NCBI GenBank assembly: GCA_020184695.1 | Contig: JAANOX010000011.1 | Coordinates: 682,001-746,000, forward strand | DNA: 64,000 bases | Reading direction: 5' to 3' | Source of the DNA: Histomonas meleagridis 2922-C6/04-290x | Taxonomy: Eukaryota; Protista; Parabasalia | Shown: positions 1 to 12,619 of the stretch, one piece after another | Position numbering within the stretch: the first letter of the stretch is position 1 | How the letters are laid out: each line of letters begins with the position of its first letter | Position numbers and translations under genes: made by a program | The notes under the pieces: generated by a model | What the model was told of the DNA's origin: nothing | What the model saw: the letters and a program-made list of their open reading frames with translations, nothing else | Databases searched by the model: none

Positions 1-227
1 AAATTCGTATTATGGTTATTTATTCATTATATAAAAAACCAAATATCAATATCTACATAATAGATGAGGAACTTTATTTTTGAATTCTTTATTTAATATG
101 TATATTTATTTTTAGTACATTATATTAACCTTATATGTTGTTAAAGTTCAGAGTGGTTACAAATATTTATATACATAAAATTAGAACGTTATTTTAAAAT
201 AAAATCAAAAGACGTTTATTAATATTA

Positions 228-2314
228 ATGAAGAAGAAACCATGCACCCAAACATTAATAATGGATAGGCTCATGGAAGCATTTGTTGAATGCACAGAAA
301 TGAACAACAAAATAGTGAGCATCCCATCAGAAGAAACTTCAAATGATAACCATTTTGATTCTTATGCTCTATTAAGCATTTCAGACAAAATAAATTACGA
401 ATTAAAAAGTTTAGGACTTACAAATCCATCGCCCAAAAATGACGAATGCTATGAAACACCATCCAATTTCATTAACTATTTAAAATACCTTGAAAGGAAG
501 AAACACCACTGAATTTAATGATTTAAAGACAACAATAAAAGATGAATCAATCAAAAATATTTGCCCATTTTCATGTAGCGATTCGAATCTATATAAGAAA
601 AATGTCAATGTATATTATATGAAATTCGTATGCAGGTTTCATACAAAGAAATTATATGAATGTCCTGCGACTTTTACAATAGAAATACGAAAAAATATAA
701 TTTTTTCGATTAACTATGAAAACCTTTATCATTGTCATAGTCTCCGATAATCCTTTCGTAGAAAGCAAGTTTCCCCTTTTAACTTCAAATCAAAAAGAAA
801 AAATGAAAAAAGAAGCAAGAATTGGAATGCCAACAAATCTCATTCGCCATTTTAATGCACTCAATGTATTGCCTGGACAATTGTATAATATTATTAAAAA
901 TGATAAAAATAAACAATTCGAAAATGAAATTGAAAACCTTTATCAATATACACAAAAATGTAAGGGAGAATATGACATTATTTGGAAAAATGATAATAAT
1001 AATTAATTTGATAGTCTATTAATGATAAATTCGAGAATAAAATACTTTTCTTATGCAAGAGATATTGTTGTAATAGATGATACTGAATGCACCAATAGAT
1101 TTCATTATCCCTTTTTACTCTTTTATGTATTCGATGAGAATAACAAAGTTCAAATGCTTTCTATATCAATCATGACATCAATAGAAGAAAAAAGTTTCAC
1201 TGAAGTCATGAATTCTTTAAAATTGATTATTACTTCTATTAGAATCTTTATTGTTGATAGATTGATTGCTCAAATAGAGGCAATCATAAAAGTATATTCG
1301 AATTCAATTCTGGTTTATTGTAATTCATATTTCTAGTAATATTGAACATAAAATGGGTAGGAATTCAATGATTAAAAATTTGTTCTGGAAATTTGTCGAT
1401 AAAATAATAACTGAAGATGCATATTTAAACAAATTACAAAATTGAATTCAATTCCATCATTTAAGACATCTCCAAAATTTACTTGATGACCTTCAACATT
1501 ATAATCCTTATTATATAAAAAAAATAGGTATAATAGGTCATTTTACAACTAATGCTGCTGAAGGTAGTTTTGGTAATTTGAAAAAGTGGACAAATCATGA
1601 GTTGCTTCCACTAAAAGAAATTTTATCAATGTTCATAAATGAATCTAAAATTATGATGAATAATCATTGCAAATTAAAGTATAATCAGTTAGATAAAAAA
1701 AATTTATAATGGTAAGAAGCTTGGATTATATGCCATTAATAAAATTCAAAAGAGGATAAATAAATGTGAGAAATTAATAATTAAAGCGTCACACATAGAT
1801 GCAAGCATTGCACAATCTGCATATTATAAATTAGAAAAATGTGACTGTAGAAAAGATTTACCATGTATTCACATTATTAATGAAAGGTTTCATACAAAAA
1901 ATGAAAATGATCATTTAATCTGAGAAGAAGAAATTGAAGATATATACTTCTTTCATGAGATTTCTGAAAATAAACGATCATTTAATTCGACAATTACTGT
2001 ACAATCTAATAAAGAAGAAAATTGGAGCTACAACTTCATCATGTGTCAAAATGCAATATTTAGCAGATGCAGCACAACGTTCGGAAACTGCACGGAATCT
2101 AATTAAAAACTTTTTTGATGAAGCCGAGGAATCAAAAATATCAATTAACCCAAATGCCAATGATGTTCTTTTTATCCCAGGGGCCCAACCAACAGTTCCA
2201 TCAGCAGTTGCTGAAAAATATTATAAAAAAAGAAAAAGGGTAATACATTGTAGCAATTGTCATGGAATATGTCATTTTTGTGCAACATGCCCTTATAATG
2301 AAAAACATCTTTGA
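228..2314 (+). mobile_element. Decayed Mutator-like (MULE) DDE transposase, fragmented by stops and frameshifts
   Basis: Successive ORF fragments carry MULE motifs: IDDTECTNRFHYP, IVDRLIAQIEAI..VYC, TTNAAEGSFGNLKK (~1545-1590), a SWIM-type CDC..LPCIH (~1840-1873) and a C-terminal CSNCHGICH knuckle. No TIRs identified. Confidence 0.8.
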
Positions 2315-4322
2315 TATCAATTATAAAAAAATTGATCGATCATGGTCTTTGAAATCAAGCAATATTGCTGAACATTTGGTCTTGTGCCATATTAATAAAG
2401 ATAATTTCTAAAACTTGTATACTCATCTAGTTGATAACCAAATTTTTATTATCTTTTCAATTGTTTATTCGTGTTCAAACGTTATTTCAGCGGCCAAGCA
2501 ATGGATATATTATCCAAGTTGATTTATTGATTTAATTTGAAAAAATTTTAAGACTCTCGAGAAGGAATAAAATATCAAAAATTGAGAAAAAATTCTTATC
2601 TATAAAAAAAGTTATATGCGATAAACAAATTGCTTAATAAAAAAAAATTTTGTACAAATATTAATTTTTGATTTGAAATAAAGTACATAAGTTCACAAAT
2701 ATAGCCACCAGAATTGAAAAAATAATTTTAAAAAACCATTGTGTTTTAACTTTCTTTAATATCTGATAATTATGTATTAATTATTTTTGCCCGAAACTTT
2801 GGCAATGAAAAAAATTATAGATGAAAAATATGTTTTAGAATAAATATAAGTGTTGATTTCCATTAGAAAGGGGAAACATATAAATTATCGTTATTTCATA
2901 GAAAAAAATATTAATAAATTGGAAAGCTTTCAAGGTTAAATTATTCATAATAATGAGGGAAATTGTTTGTTAAGTTTTCACATTCGGATGATCTCGTAAT
3001 TTGGAGATATTGAAGAAAGGATGATAATATCGTTGTATAAATACCAAAAGAATGCATAGCGTCATGAAGAGTTTTGATCTCATCAACATTACTATATTCT
3101 GCAATAATCGGTGGAATATCATAATTAATTCGTTGAAGTGAAATATATCCTATCTCTTCTAAATCTTGAAGAGTAATAGCGCGATTACGATCCATTGTGA
3201 TTTAAGATTATCTGTGTCTGATATAAGAGATTCAAATAATTGTTTTGTGATATCAATTTTGGCAGGGATAATATTATTGGCGGGTTTTCCAATTTTCGGC
3301 GGGGTTTTACCACGGATTAGACCGTTTATGACGACCGTTATGCCCTGGAAATACGATTCTCCTAAAAAAACTCCACAAAAAGATGAACCTTATTTTTTTC
3401 ATATTCGAATATTTTGGGAAATGCTATCATGTGATATTAAGATTAATGTGAAATAATATAAATATAAAATTTTTCATCATTTTAAATTTTTTTTCTTATC
3501 ACTATATCGATTTTTTTGTGATAAAAAATTTACAATGGATTTTAAATTTGATATGGTACTAAACAGAATTTAATAAACATTTTACATGTATATAGGCTTA
3601 AACAAAATATTTTAGAACATTTTTGAGAATTTTTCCATTTAAGCATAAGAAGTTCTTGTTCAGACTTTAATTTTTATTCATCTGCGGTGAAACGCTCATC
3701 CATCAGAGAGGATTAACTTCAAATTCAATTTAATATTTTTTGTCAAAAATTTTTTTAGTTATTCAGTTTTACATGTTTAATATGTTAAACAAATTTCTTT
3801 TTTCTTTTTGCTTTCTTGAGTGGTTCTTATCGTTCTGATGAGATCATAGGATATTTCATAATGTTTATGTTTTCAACTGCTGATGTCTCAATGAAAGCTG
3901 CACCATATTCTTTAGCAAGTGCTTCTCCTTCGAATTGGCTAACTTCCCTTTGATCTTCGAGATCACACACCGTTCCACATTAAATAATTGGGGCCTTAAT
4001 TTTATATTTGACGGTTTCCTCGCATCTTTTTTTTGCAACTGCAAAATACGATTTGGAAGTTGTGGGGTAAACAATGATGATACCATTTGCCTCCGTTAAA
4101 CGTGTTTCCCTTATGAGACAAACATCGCCACCACCATCTTGTATGTAAATGTGAAGTGTTGTACTTATACCATCAACTGATAAGTATGTTCAACGTAACC
4201 ATCAGGGAAAAGAGCATGGGGGTCTTGGATAGGTTGTCTTAGTATTGAAGCTTTGCCACGAAAACCACAAATGACTTATATTCATTAATGTGGATTGATT
4301 TAGTTTTTTTGATTATAATACG

Positions 4323-5974
4323 ATGATTTTTCATTCAATTCGATTCTATTTTCCGTTTCAGTATGGCAAACCGTTTTATATCGTCAATCTTCAAGATGTT
4401 CAAATAGTACACTTTTTGAATGAATTCATCGGTTTTCATGTTAAAAAATTTGAAAAAAGTGACAGGTTGAGAATTTTATACATTAAAACAATCCTTGAAG
4501 AAGCAAAATCATTGCAATCAATCATCCTTAATCTCAACGAAGAAAATATTAAATCGTCAATTCAATCAACAATAGAATTATTCACTTACAATCGACCATA
4601 CACGTTTAACCTTCTTATTTCTAGGTTAATATATTCAACATTTGTTTCCCGAGTAAAAGTTAATTTTCCAATCTTTAAATACTTATTGATGTTAAATTTG
4701 GAAGAAGAAAAAACTAATAAAAATACAAAAAGCCTAATTCATATATTTAATCAACATTTATTCCAAATGAAAACAAAAGAATCGTATTTTCTTCTTCAAA
4801 AGATAATCGAACAAGGATTATTCGAAATAGATCTTGTAGAAGTATAAAACAATAAGAAAAATTGTGAATTGGTTATAAATAATGATTTTGCTAATCTGAA
4901 GAATTTAAATGAAGAAGGACAAAATCCAAACGAAATTGCGGAGATAATTAGAAACGATGAAGTAGAAAAACTTCAAGAAATATCATCACAAACAAACTTC
5001 GATTTTAATCAAACAATTGAACCTTCACTTTATGAAAGATGTTCATTTATTAATCAAAGAAATGTTTCATTAATTGATTATGCAGCATTTTTTGGATCAA
5101 TCAAATGTTTTAAATATTTACTTATGAATGGTGCAAGTGTAGAAAATACAGGTAAATATGCAATTGCAGGTGGAAACTTAGAAATTATTCATTTATGTGA
5201 ACAAAATAATTCATCATTTACAGAAGCATATGAAACAGCAATAGAATTTCATCAAAATGAAATTTTTTGTTATTTTTATGAAAATAAAATTGGGAAAATT
5301 TCTAATGACAGAAAAAATTCATTTTCAATGTTTTCTTTTACAAAATCGAATTCCAATATCGAAAATCAAGATAAATGTAATTTAAGTAAAGAAAATTTGG
5401 TATATCTTGGGAAAAAATGTATAAAGTTTAATAATTATGAAATCTTCATGTTTTTAGAAAAAGAAGGAATGAAAATGAATAATAAAATTATAGAAAAAAT
5501 AGCATCAAAAGGAAATACATTCATAATAGAAATTGATATAGAAAGTCAACAAATTCCAAATACAATTTTACCATATTCAGTTAAATCAGGAAATATAGAA
5601 ATAGTAAAATTGCTTTTAGATAAAGGAATTGATGTTAATGCAAAAATTATCCATTTTAATAATTTGGAATATGTTTTAATAATTTTATATATGTTTTAAT
5701 AATTTGAAACAGCACTTCATATAGCAGTTAGAAATAATAATATAGAAATAGTAAAATTGCTTTTAGATAAAGAAGGAATTGATGTTAATGCAAAAAATAT
5801 TCATTTGGATAATTTAGAATATGTTTTAATAATTTGATATATGTTTTAATAATTTGTAATATGTTTTAATAATTTGAAACAGCACTTCATATAGCAGTCG
5901 AAAAGAATAATATAGGAGTCATAAAATTACTTTTAGAAAATCATCGTTTGCACCACAATTTCAAAGCAAGTTAA
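4323..5974 (+). pseudogene. DUF3447-like/ankyrin-repeat gene with 17-nt-spacer-encrypted linkers; N-terminus broken at ~4845-4880
   Basis: LIDYAAFFGSIKCFKYLLMNG and GGNLEIIHLCEQ match paralogs at 34060, 46170 and 58020. There is a stop plus frame change and a deletion relative to the paralogs near 4850. Removing 7 spacers from 4869-5974 leaves 987 nt = 329 codons ending TAA at 5972-5974. True start uncertain. Confidence 0.7.
5649..5878 (+). repeat. Micro-array of 17-nt repeats (ATATGTTTTAATAATTT) alternating with single variable codons
   Basis: Identical 17-mers at 5669, 5689, 5819, 5839 and 5859, and variants at 5649 and 5799. The intervening triplets are GGA,TAT,GAA and AGA,GAT,GTA,GAA. 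Confidence 0.92.
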
Positions 5975-6826
5975 AGGCACTTTTAGCTTAATTAAGGAGA
6001 CTCCATTTTCAGTAAAACATGAAATAGTTTCACTAAGCATAATATGTTTCAAATTACGGTTTTTCATCTTGATCAAGATTGATCTATTTTTGACCAAAAT
6101 AAAAAAACTAAAAAAAATTATTTTACAATCATGAAAATAATCATACTTTGATTATTCAAAGTATTTTTAAAAAATTTGCTGATGAGATTACAAACAATTT
6201 CGAAAAACAATTGTTTTTCATTAAATTTAATATGTCATACACTTTTAATAAGGAAGTCCATTAATGACATAAATACAGGTTTTTAAGCCCACGTGAAATA
6301 ATGTCTTGCCAAATATAAGATTATTGAAAATGTTTTTTAATTTTAGAAAAGACCTAATAGAAAGAATTTTTGGTATCTGTTCTGCCTTAAGCCTCAAGTA
6401 GAGTGGTTCCGACTCTTGGAGATGTCCCTTCAGAAAATTTGGAATTATTTTAGGCTAAAATAATGGTGAACTATGCCGGTTTTACGTGATTGTAAAATTA
6501 ATGTAAACGGTTGTATTGAATACAAAATTTTACAACGTCTGCCAAAAACCATTTCTTTAGAATTTTTTCGAACGATCATTTTTACCATAAAATGTCTATC
6601 GTGTTCTATCGTAAATAACCTATTTTTACCGGGGGTATAGGTTAGTCTATTTTATTCTTTCAAGTTTACATACGCGGTTACGATGCAAAACGCCCCTCGG
6701 TAGGTATATACCCTCCTTTATGCAATTTTTGAACGATAGGAAATTTGAAAGGGGAAAAAACGCAATAAAAATAATTTATTAATAAATTTCACCAATTAAT
6801 GCTTTCCAGCATTTTTCAAATGTATT

Positions 6827-7560
6827 TTATATATTTCTTCGGAAGCACCATTCATGATGGATATATGATTCGAGATAATATTCATCTCTGAATCCATTTT
6901 TTATGAAATATCCTTTTATTAGATTCCATGTACCTTCTATTTTTTGAGTATTTGCCTCGGTAATTGGATCTACGAAATTTACTGAGTGATTTACTGTTTT
7001 GTGTACATAACCTATATCACTACTAAGAGTATTATATGCCATCCATTCATCAGACTAAATTTCTGAATTGAGTCTAACTGTTGAAAAAATAATTGGAATG
7101 AAAACTTCTTTCGATCTATTTTCGCAAATCTCAGTAACAACTTTCATTGTTTTACTGTCTATTTCGCCAAAAACCCAAATCTCTTCTTTTTCCAATACAC
7201 TTCCTTTGTTATATTTAGCACCGAAATAAAGGCTTTCATCAATTTCGATCATTCCATCACCAAGTAAATTTTGAGCTATATCTTTTCGATATTTTTTTTC
7301 TGCAATAGATCGAAAAGTTTGAAACCATGTTATTACTGATCGTTCACATACATCTGTAATTTTAGATGTAGTTCTTATATCAAAACCTTCTACCCAACAT
7401 GCTAAAATGTGAACAAATCCCCTTAATGAAAGTTTTGATTGTGATAACTATGAATCTAATCTGATTGATTTTGAATTTCTGCATTTACTTGAGCAGCATC
7501 TATCGATCGATTAGAAATAGGATATTTTCTCTCCCTTGTGTGTTACTTGCCATATTAGGT
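6827..7560 (-). mobile_element. Decayed Merlin/ISXO2 (IS1595-like) DDE transposase
   Basis: IEIDESLYFGAKYNKG..WVFG, then SDEWMAY..HKTVNHSVNFVDPITEANTQKIEGTW are hallmark ISXO2-like motifs. In-frame stop at 7055; the upstream part is frameshifted. Confidence 0.82.
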
Positions 7561-8177
7561 GGTGCATGGTCTACGTCATAGGCGGAAAAAAATTTATCAT
7601 TGAGACTGAATATAATTTAATTTTTTATTTCAAGATAAACATAATTAAGTATTGTATATGATGGATGACAAAATTAGTTTTAATTATTATATTTATAGAA
7701 ATAAATAAAATTAAATAAAGATTTTTTATTTCCTAAATGAAGTGGACAGAAATTTCAGGCCGTTGGACAGATATCTGTCCTGTACTGTAAAAAAAAATTT
7801 TATGAAAAAATTATTTAAATTTACTCAAAAAAATTCGGTTTTTTAAATCTTGAACTCATATGAAAATGGTATAAAATACCAATTAAATATGCGTTATATA
7901 ATTGTATCATAATAATAACTAAAAAAATAAGTTAAAGAAAATGCATTTTTGCCATAGTTAATGATAATTTGAATGATTGTCTAATTGTATAACAAAATGC
8001 ATTTGAATTACTAAAAAGTATATAAGTTTGTGAAATTAAGTTTGGTGCTGGGATACAACGCATTCAATACACTGCAGTTAAAATCTGATTTTAATGGGAT
8101 CAGATAAGAATATTGTATAAGAAAACTTAAAAACTTTAAACTTTAGATCTTTACAAAATCATTTTTTAAAATTTTAC

Positions 8178-11100
8178 TTAACTCGTAATATATTTCATTA
8201 CTTCACCAGACAAATAGTCATCAGTTAATTTCTCCAATCTTTCGTCAGACAAAAACACTTCGAATCCATTATCATATCCTATGTTTTCATTACCGAGCAC
8301 ATCCAAGTACACAGTTGGTACCAAAGCGATCCAAAGATTTTGTTTATTTTTAGCTATCAACAAAAGTCTTGTGTGTCTTAAGTTTAAGTTCATTACTAGA
8401 TGGAAATCATCTTTAGAGTTCAAGTAATATCTTCTAAAATTATTATCCATTACAGCGCCGTCATGTAGACTTAATAAGTATTCCATACTACTGGATAAAA
8501 TTTCCTTACTTAAATAATACGGCTCAGATCCGAAATGTAAGAAATTCTTTGGTAACTTAATAAATTCGAATTTTTCAAATGTATATTCATTTCCATTATA
8601 TTTTATATTATATCTTTTACATAAATTTTCATTTGTTAATTCTTTTTCCCATTTAATGTATTCTTCATTGTCATTATTTAAGCTGAAATATTCAGTCAAT
8701 CGAACGCGCCTTAAAAACAAATTTAATTCTTCTCCATTAAGTTGAGTTGTGTATTTATTGATAATTTCATTAAGTTTCGTTTCAGGTGAATCACAAAGAA
8801 TTAAATCATGAACATATTATTGAAAATCTGAATTTGTTTCGATTTCAAAATTGGAACTTTTTTGATAAATAATTCTTAAAATTAAAAATAAGTTTCGTGT
8901 TAAATAATAATATTTTTTAGGCTCTAAACATAATGAATTTGATCTTAATCTTAACTCATATATTATAAATATACTACAAAACGCAATTAATATTTGATTT
9001 ATATCTTCAAATTCTTTTTCGAATTCATTAACAGAATTAATTACATTTTCATCATTTAGATCAGTCCTATTATCAAGTTTAGGTAAACAAATGTTTCGTA
9101 GATATCTATCAATAGGACATGATAAGTTTAAACATTTCGAATGTATTAAATGTGTACATAATGTAAAACATTTTATTTGTTCAATTGTTCCATAATTATC
9201 ATACTTTAAAGGTAATGTCGAATTATACATATAAAGTGGATAACAAAGAATTTCATTATCATTAAGACAAGTTCTGCATGCAGAACATTGTTCAATTTCT
9301 TCTGCTGAATCACTTTCATCAAGATCAATGTTATTATCTTTTTCGAATTGTTCCATTTTGGTATTAAATGATTGTAGAATAGATGACTTTAAATCTTTTT
9401 AATTTATTATTCGATGTTTTAGTTTCATTTGTTTTAGGTATTTCATATGAAATATTCATTTGCACAAGTGCATTTTGTCCAATTGGACCTAATTCACTTA
9501 TTAAATCGACAAATGATTTTGGTCTATAACTTTGGAATTGATATTTTTGATACATTAAAGATTCGAAATCATTTGGAATTTTCGTAATTAATTCTTTAAT
9601 ATCATTAACTATAATTGTATCAGTTAAAATTTTATTCGAAGTTTTAACATAAAATTTTCGATGCTGTTAATAAAAGATTTTATTATAAGTTGATTTTGTT
9701 TCTTAGAATTTTTGACTTTATAAAATATAATATTCGATAGCTAATAATGTTGGCGTAAATAATAACGAATGTAAATCCATTCCAAATGGTTCTTCAGTGA
9801 AAGGTTTAAAAGGCATTAACTCATTTGGATATTTAGAAATATATTTCGAATAAATCGATAAAATTTGATTTGATTTATAAAGTGGCGCTAATGGATCCCA
9901 TAATGTTCTAGACTTCAACTTAAATATTACACCATTTGGTGATGGAGAAGAAGTTGAAACAGTATCCAAATGATTTTTAAAGCGCCATCAAATAATGAAC
10001 ATTTAAAATTTGATTTTCAGTTTTATCGCTATAAATTGATTTAAAATATTTATAGTATATAACAAGTGCATTTACAATATTCAATTTTTGTATTTTTTCT
10101 ATACATTCTTTAAAATCAGAATCAATATTCGGTACTTTTCCATAATAAATATATGAGTTAAAATCCATTTCTTGTGAAAATTGTTTTATACTTGTGAATA
10201 AAATTGCGTCTTCGTCTAAAAATATATCAACAAGTCCATCCATAATTCGTTGATAATCATTACTAAAATAATCACTTGAAATTGTTGGAGAGCAAAAGCA
10301 TCAGAATATGTGTAAGAAAATGCAATGCCGCTATCTTTTAATTTTGGATCAAGTGAAAATGCTAATTGATGCTTTTGATATTGCTTTGTAGAATCCAAAA
10401 TATATTGACAAAAATCAAATGAATACTTTTTATGAATATGTATCATATTATAATTAAACAAAAAAAGATGTTTTAGCTCTATTAAAAAGAATACTTTTTG
10501 GCACTCATTATCTCGAAGAACCTCCATTTCGTATTTATAGTTAGAAATTTCATTAATCTTATTTATAAATGCATAACCAAATTCTAATCTAAAAAAATAC
10601 GTTATTGATACAATGACTAAATAAATCCAAAAGTGCTTGAACAGTCTCCACGTTTAACACAATACATGAACCAATAAGTTCAAATAATATTTTATCTTTG
10701 CATATAGATGTGATAATTAAATTTCGATATTTATCACCAATTTCACAGAATTTTACAAGCCATTGTATTAATTGAATTACTTCACATGACTTGGATCTTA
10801 TAAGATTTAAAAGTTGGTGTGCAGCAGAATCAAAATTTTTTGGAAGAATTTCTGAAATTGAATTAGGTATTTCAGTTTCTTACATTTATGAAGTTTACAT
10901 GTACCTTCCGGTTTCCATAGATCAAAATCACCACAGTCACAACTTCCAGCTATGTCATTAAAAACATAAAATGAATGACCTTGATGATTACCATTTAAAA
11001 AACATTTTAAACAAATACAACTATTCTTAAGAACTGAACACTCTTCGCAAAAAAATGTCAATTGAAATTGTGTCCAAGCTTCCTGACATTTACATACATT

Positions 11101-11229
11101 AGAAATTGAATGAAGATATTTGATGAGCTCATTAAAATTTGGTAAGTTTGCATGTTGTATGTTGGCAAATGACTGATTCCCACGTTTTTATTGAGTCACT
11201 TATATTGCCTTCATTTTGCAATTTTCCAT
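8178..11229 (-). pseudogene. Fragmented UBR-box N-recognin E3 ligase paralog (chimeric)
   Basis: UBR-box fragment CEECSVLKNSCICLKCFLNGNHQGH..GSCDCGD..WKPEGTCKLH. Collinear with the intact gene at 46960-50523, with many frameshifts. Confidence 0.85.
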
Positions 11230-11447
11230 TTATTTTGAGAATTTGCCATTTGCTTCACATCTTAATTCTGTGTACTCATAGAATATTTTGAATAAATCGA
11301 ATAGTCACAAAAGTGGAACAACACGATATTTTTTAAGTAGTTTATCAATTCAATTTTTATTGTATATTGATCTCTCAAATTGAATTATCGTCACAAAGAA
11401 TTTGGTATTGAATTTTTATGGGAAAATTTCACAATTCACTTGTGTAA

Positions 11448-12263
11448 ATGTTCGAGAAAGGAGATCCTATGCCACCAGAAAATGCTAAAAATTTCGTTGG
11501 CCAAGCATACGTGAAACGATTGATCACACGTCAAGACTTAAATTGTCCAATCTCAAATGTCACATTTGAACCAGGATGCAGAAATAATTGGCATAAACAC
11601 TCTCACGGTCAAATACTTCTTTGCATCACAGGACGTGGTCTATACCAAGAAAAAGGAAAAGAAGCAAGAGTTTTATTGCCTGGTGATGTAGTTGAAATTC
11701 TTCCAAATGTTGAGCATTGGCATGGAGCTCAAGCAGATAGCGAGTTCACTCATCTTGCTATTACAACTCATTGTCATGAAAATCACACAGAATGGCTTCA
11801 ACCTGTTACAGATGATGAATATGCACAAGCACAACCAAAGACTCCTGTTACACGTGAACCAGTTTCAACTCTTTTCCCAATGGGTGAGAAAAATCTTCCA
11901 CAATATTCAAAGTTTTTCATTGGACAATCATATCTTTGTCCATTATCCACGAACAAAGAATTAAATTGTCCAACATTTAATGTTTCATTTGAACCAGGCT
12001 GTCGTAATAATTGGCATATTCATACAGGAGGTCAAATTCTTCTTTGCGTTGCAGGCCGTGGCTTGTATCAAGAAAGAAATAAGCCTGCTCAATTAATGAC
12101 TCCAGGAACAGTTATCGAAATCCCACCAAATGTTGAACATTGGCATGGTGCAACTGCTGACTCATGGTTTTCACATGTTGCAATTGAAACTAATCCAGGA
12201 GGAAAGAATACTTGGTTAGAACCTGTTGATGATGAGCAATACAAGAGTGCTCAACCAAAGTGA
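11448..12263 (+). CDS. Tandem double cupin-domain protein, bacterial-like
   Basis: Two internal copies of NVTFEPGCRNNWH.H..GQILLC..GRGLYQE...PGDVVEI.PNVEHWHGA. Inr-like TCACTT precedes the ATG. Confidence 0.9.
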   Translation: MFEKGDPMPPENAKNFVGQAYVKRLITRQDLNCPISNVTFEPGCRNNWHKHSHGQILLCITGRGLYQEKGKEARVLLPGDVVEILPNVEHWHGAQADSEFTHLAITTHCHENHTEWLQPVTDDEYAQAQPKTPVTREPVSTLFPMGEKNLPQYSKFFIGQSYLCPLSTNKELNCPTFNVSFEPGCRNNWHIHTGGQILLCVAGRGLYQERNKPAQLMTPGTVIEIPPNVEHWHGATADSWFSHVAIETNPGGKNTWLEPVDDEQYKSAQPK

Positions 12264-12619
12264 ACTAAAAAATTTAACGTTTTTTAACTTTATTTAAAAG
12301 TGACAATCATTACACAAACTAATTTTTATAAATCTCATAAATTGATTAATAAATTATTTTATTAATGTATTCACTCTTTGATTTATTTCTTGTAAAAAGA
12401 GAAATATCATAAAATAATTTCAAAATTTACATTAAATTTGGATTTCAATATTCCATCTTAAAAAAATTTTAGTATAGATTTTTTTTCTAAAAGCTCCTAA
12501 TTTCAAATAATGAAATACTTTTTGTAATCAATTCTATGTGTGTTTTGATGAAGTTTGTACAAAATCATGTCATTAAATTTGCCGATCGAAATGCATTGAA
12601 TTATCTATGGTTGAACAGA

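Noticed and set aside
228-2314. Stop-codon reassignment (TAA/TGA as sense) explaining the broken ORFs
   Set aside because: Conserved genes end at TAA or TGA at expected positions, and the breaks include frameshifts.
2941-4260. Short ORFs and GC-richer patches between the MULE and the first ankyrin gene
   Set aside because: No recognisable motif or consistent frame; probably decayed repeat or gene debris.
5649-5878. CRISPR array
   Set aside because: The variable parts are 3 nt, the context is a eukaryotic coding gene, and there are no cas genes.
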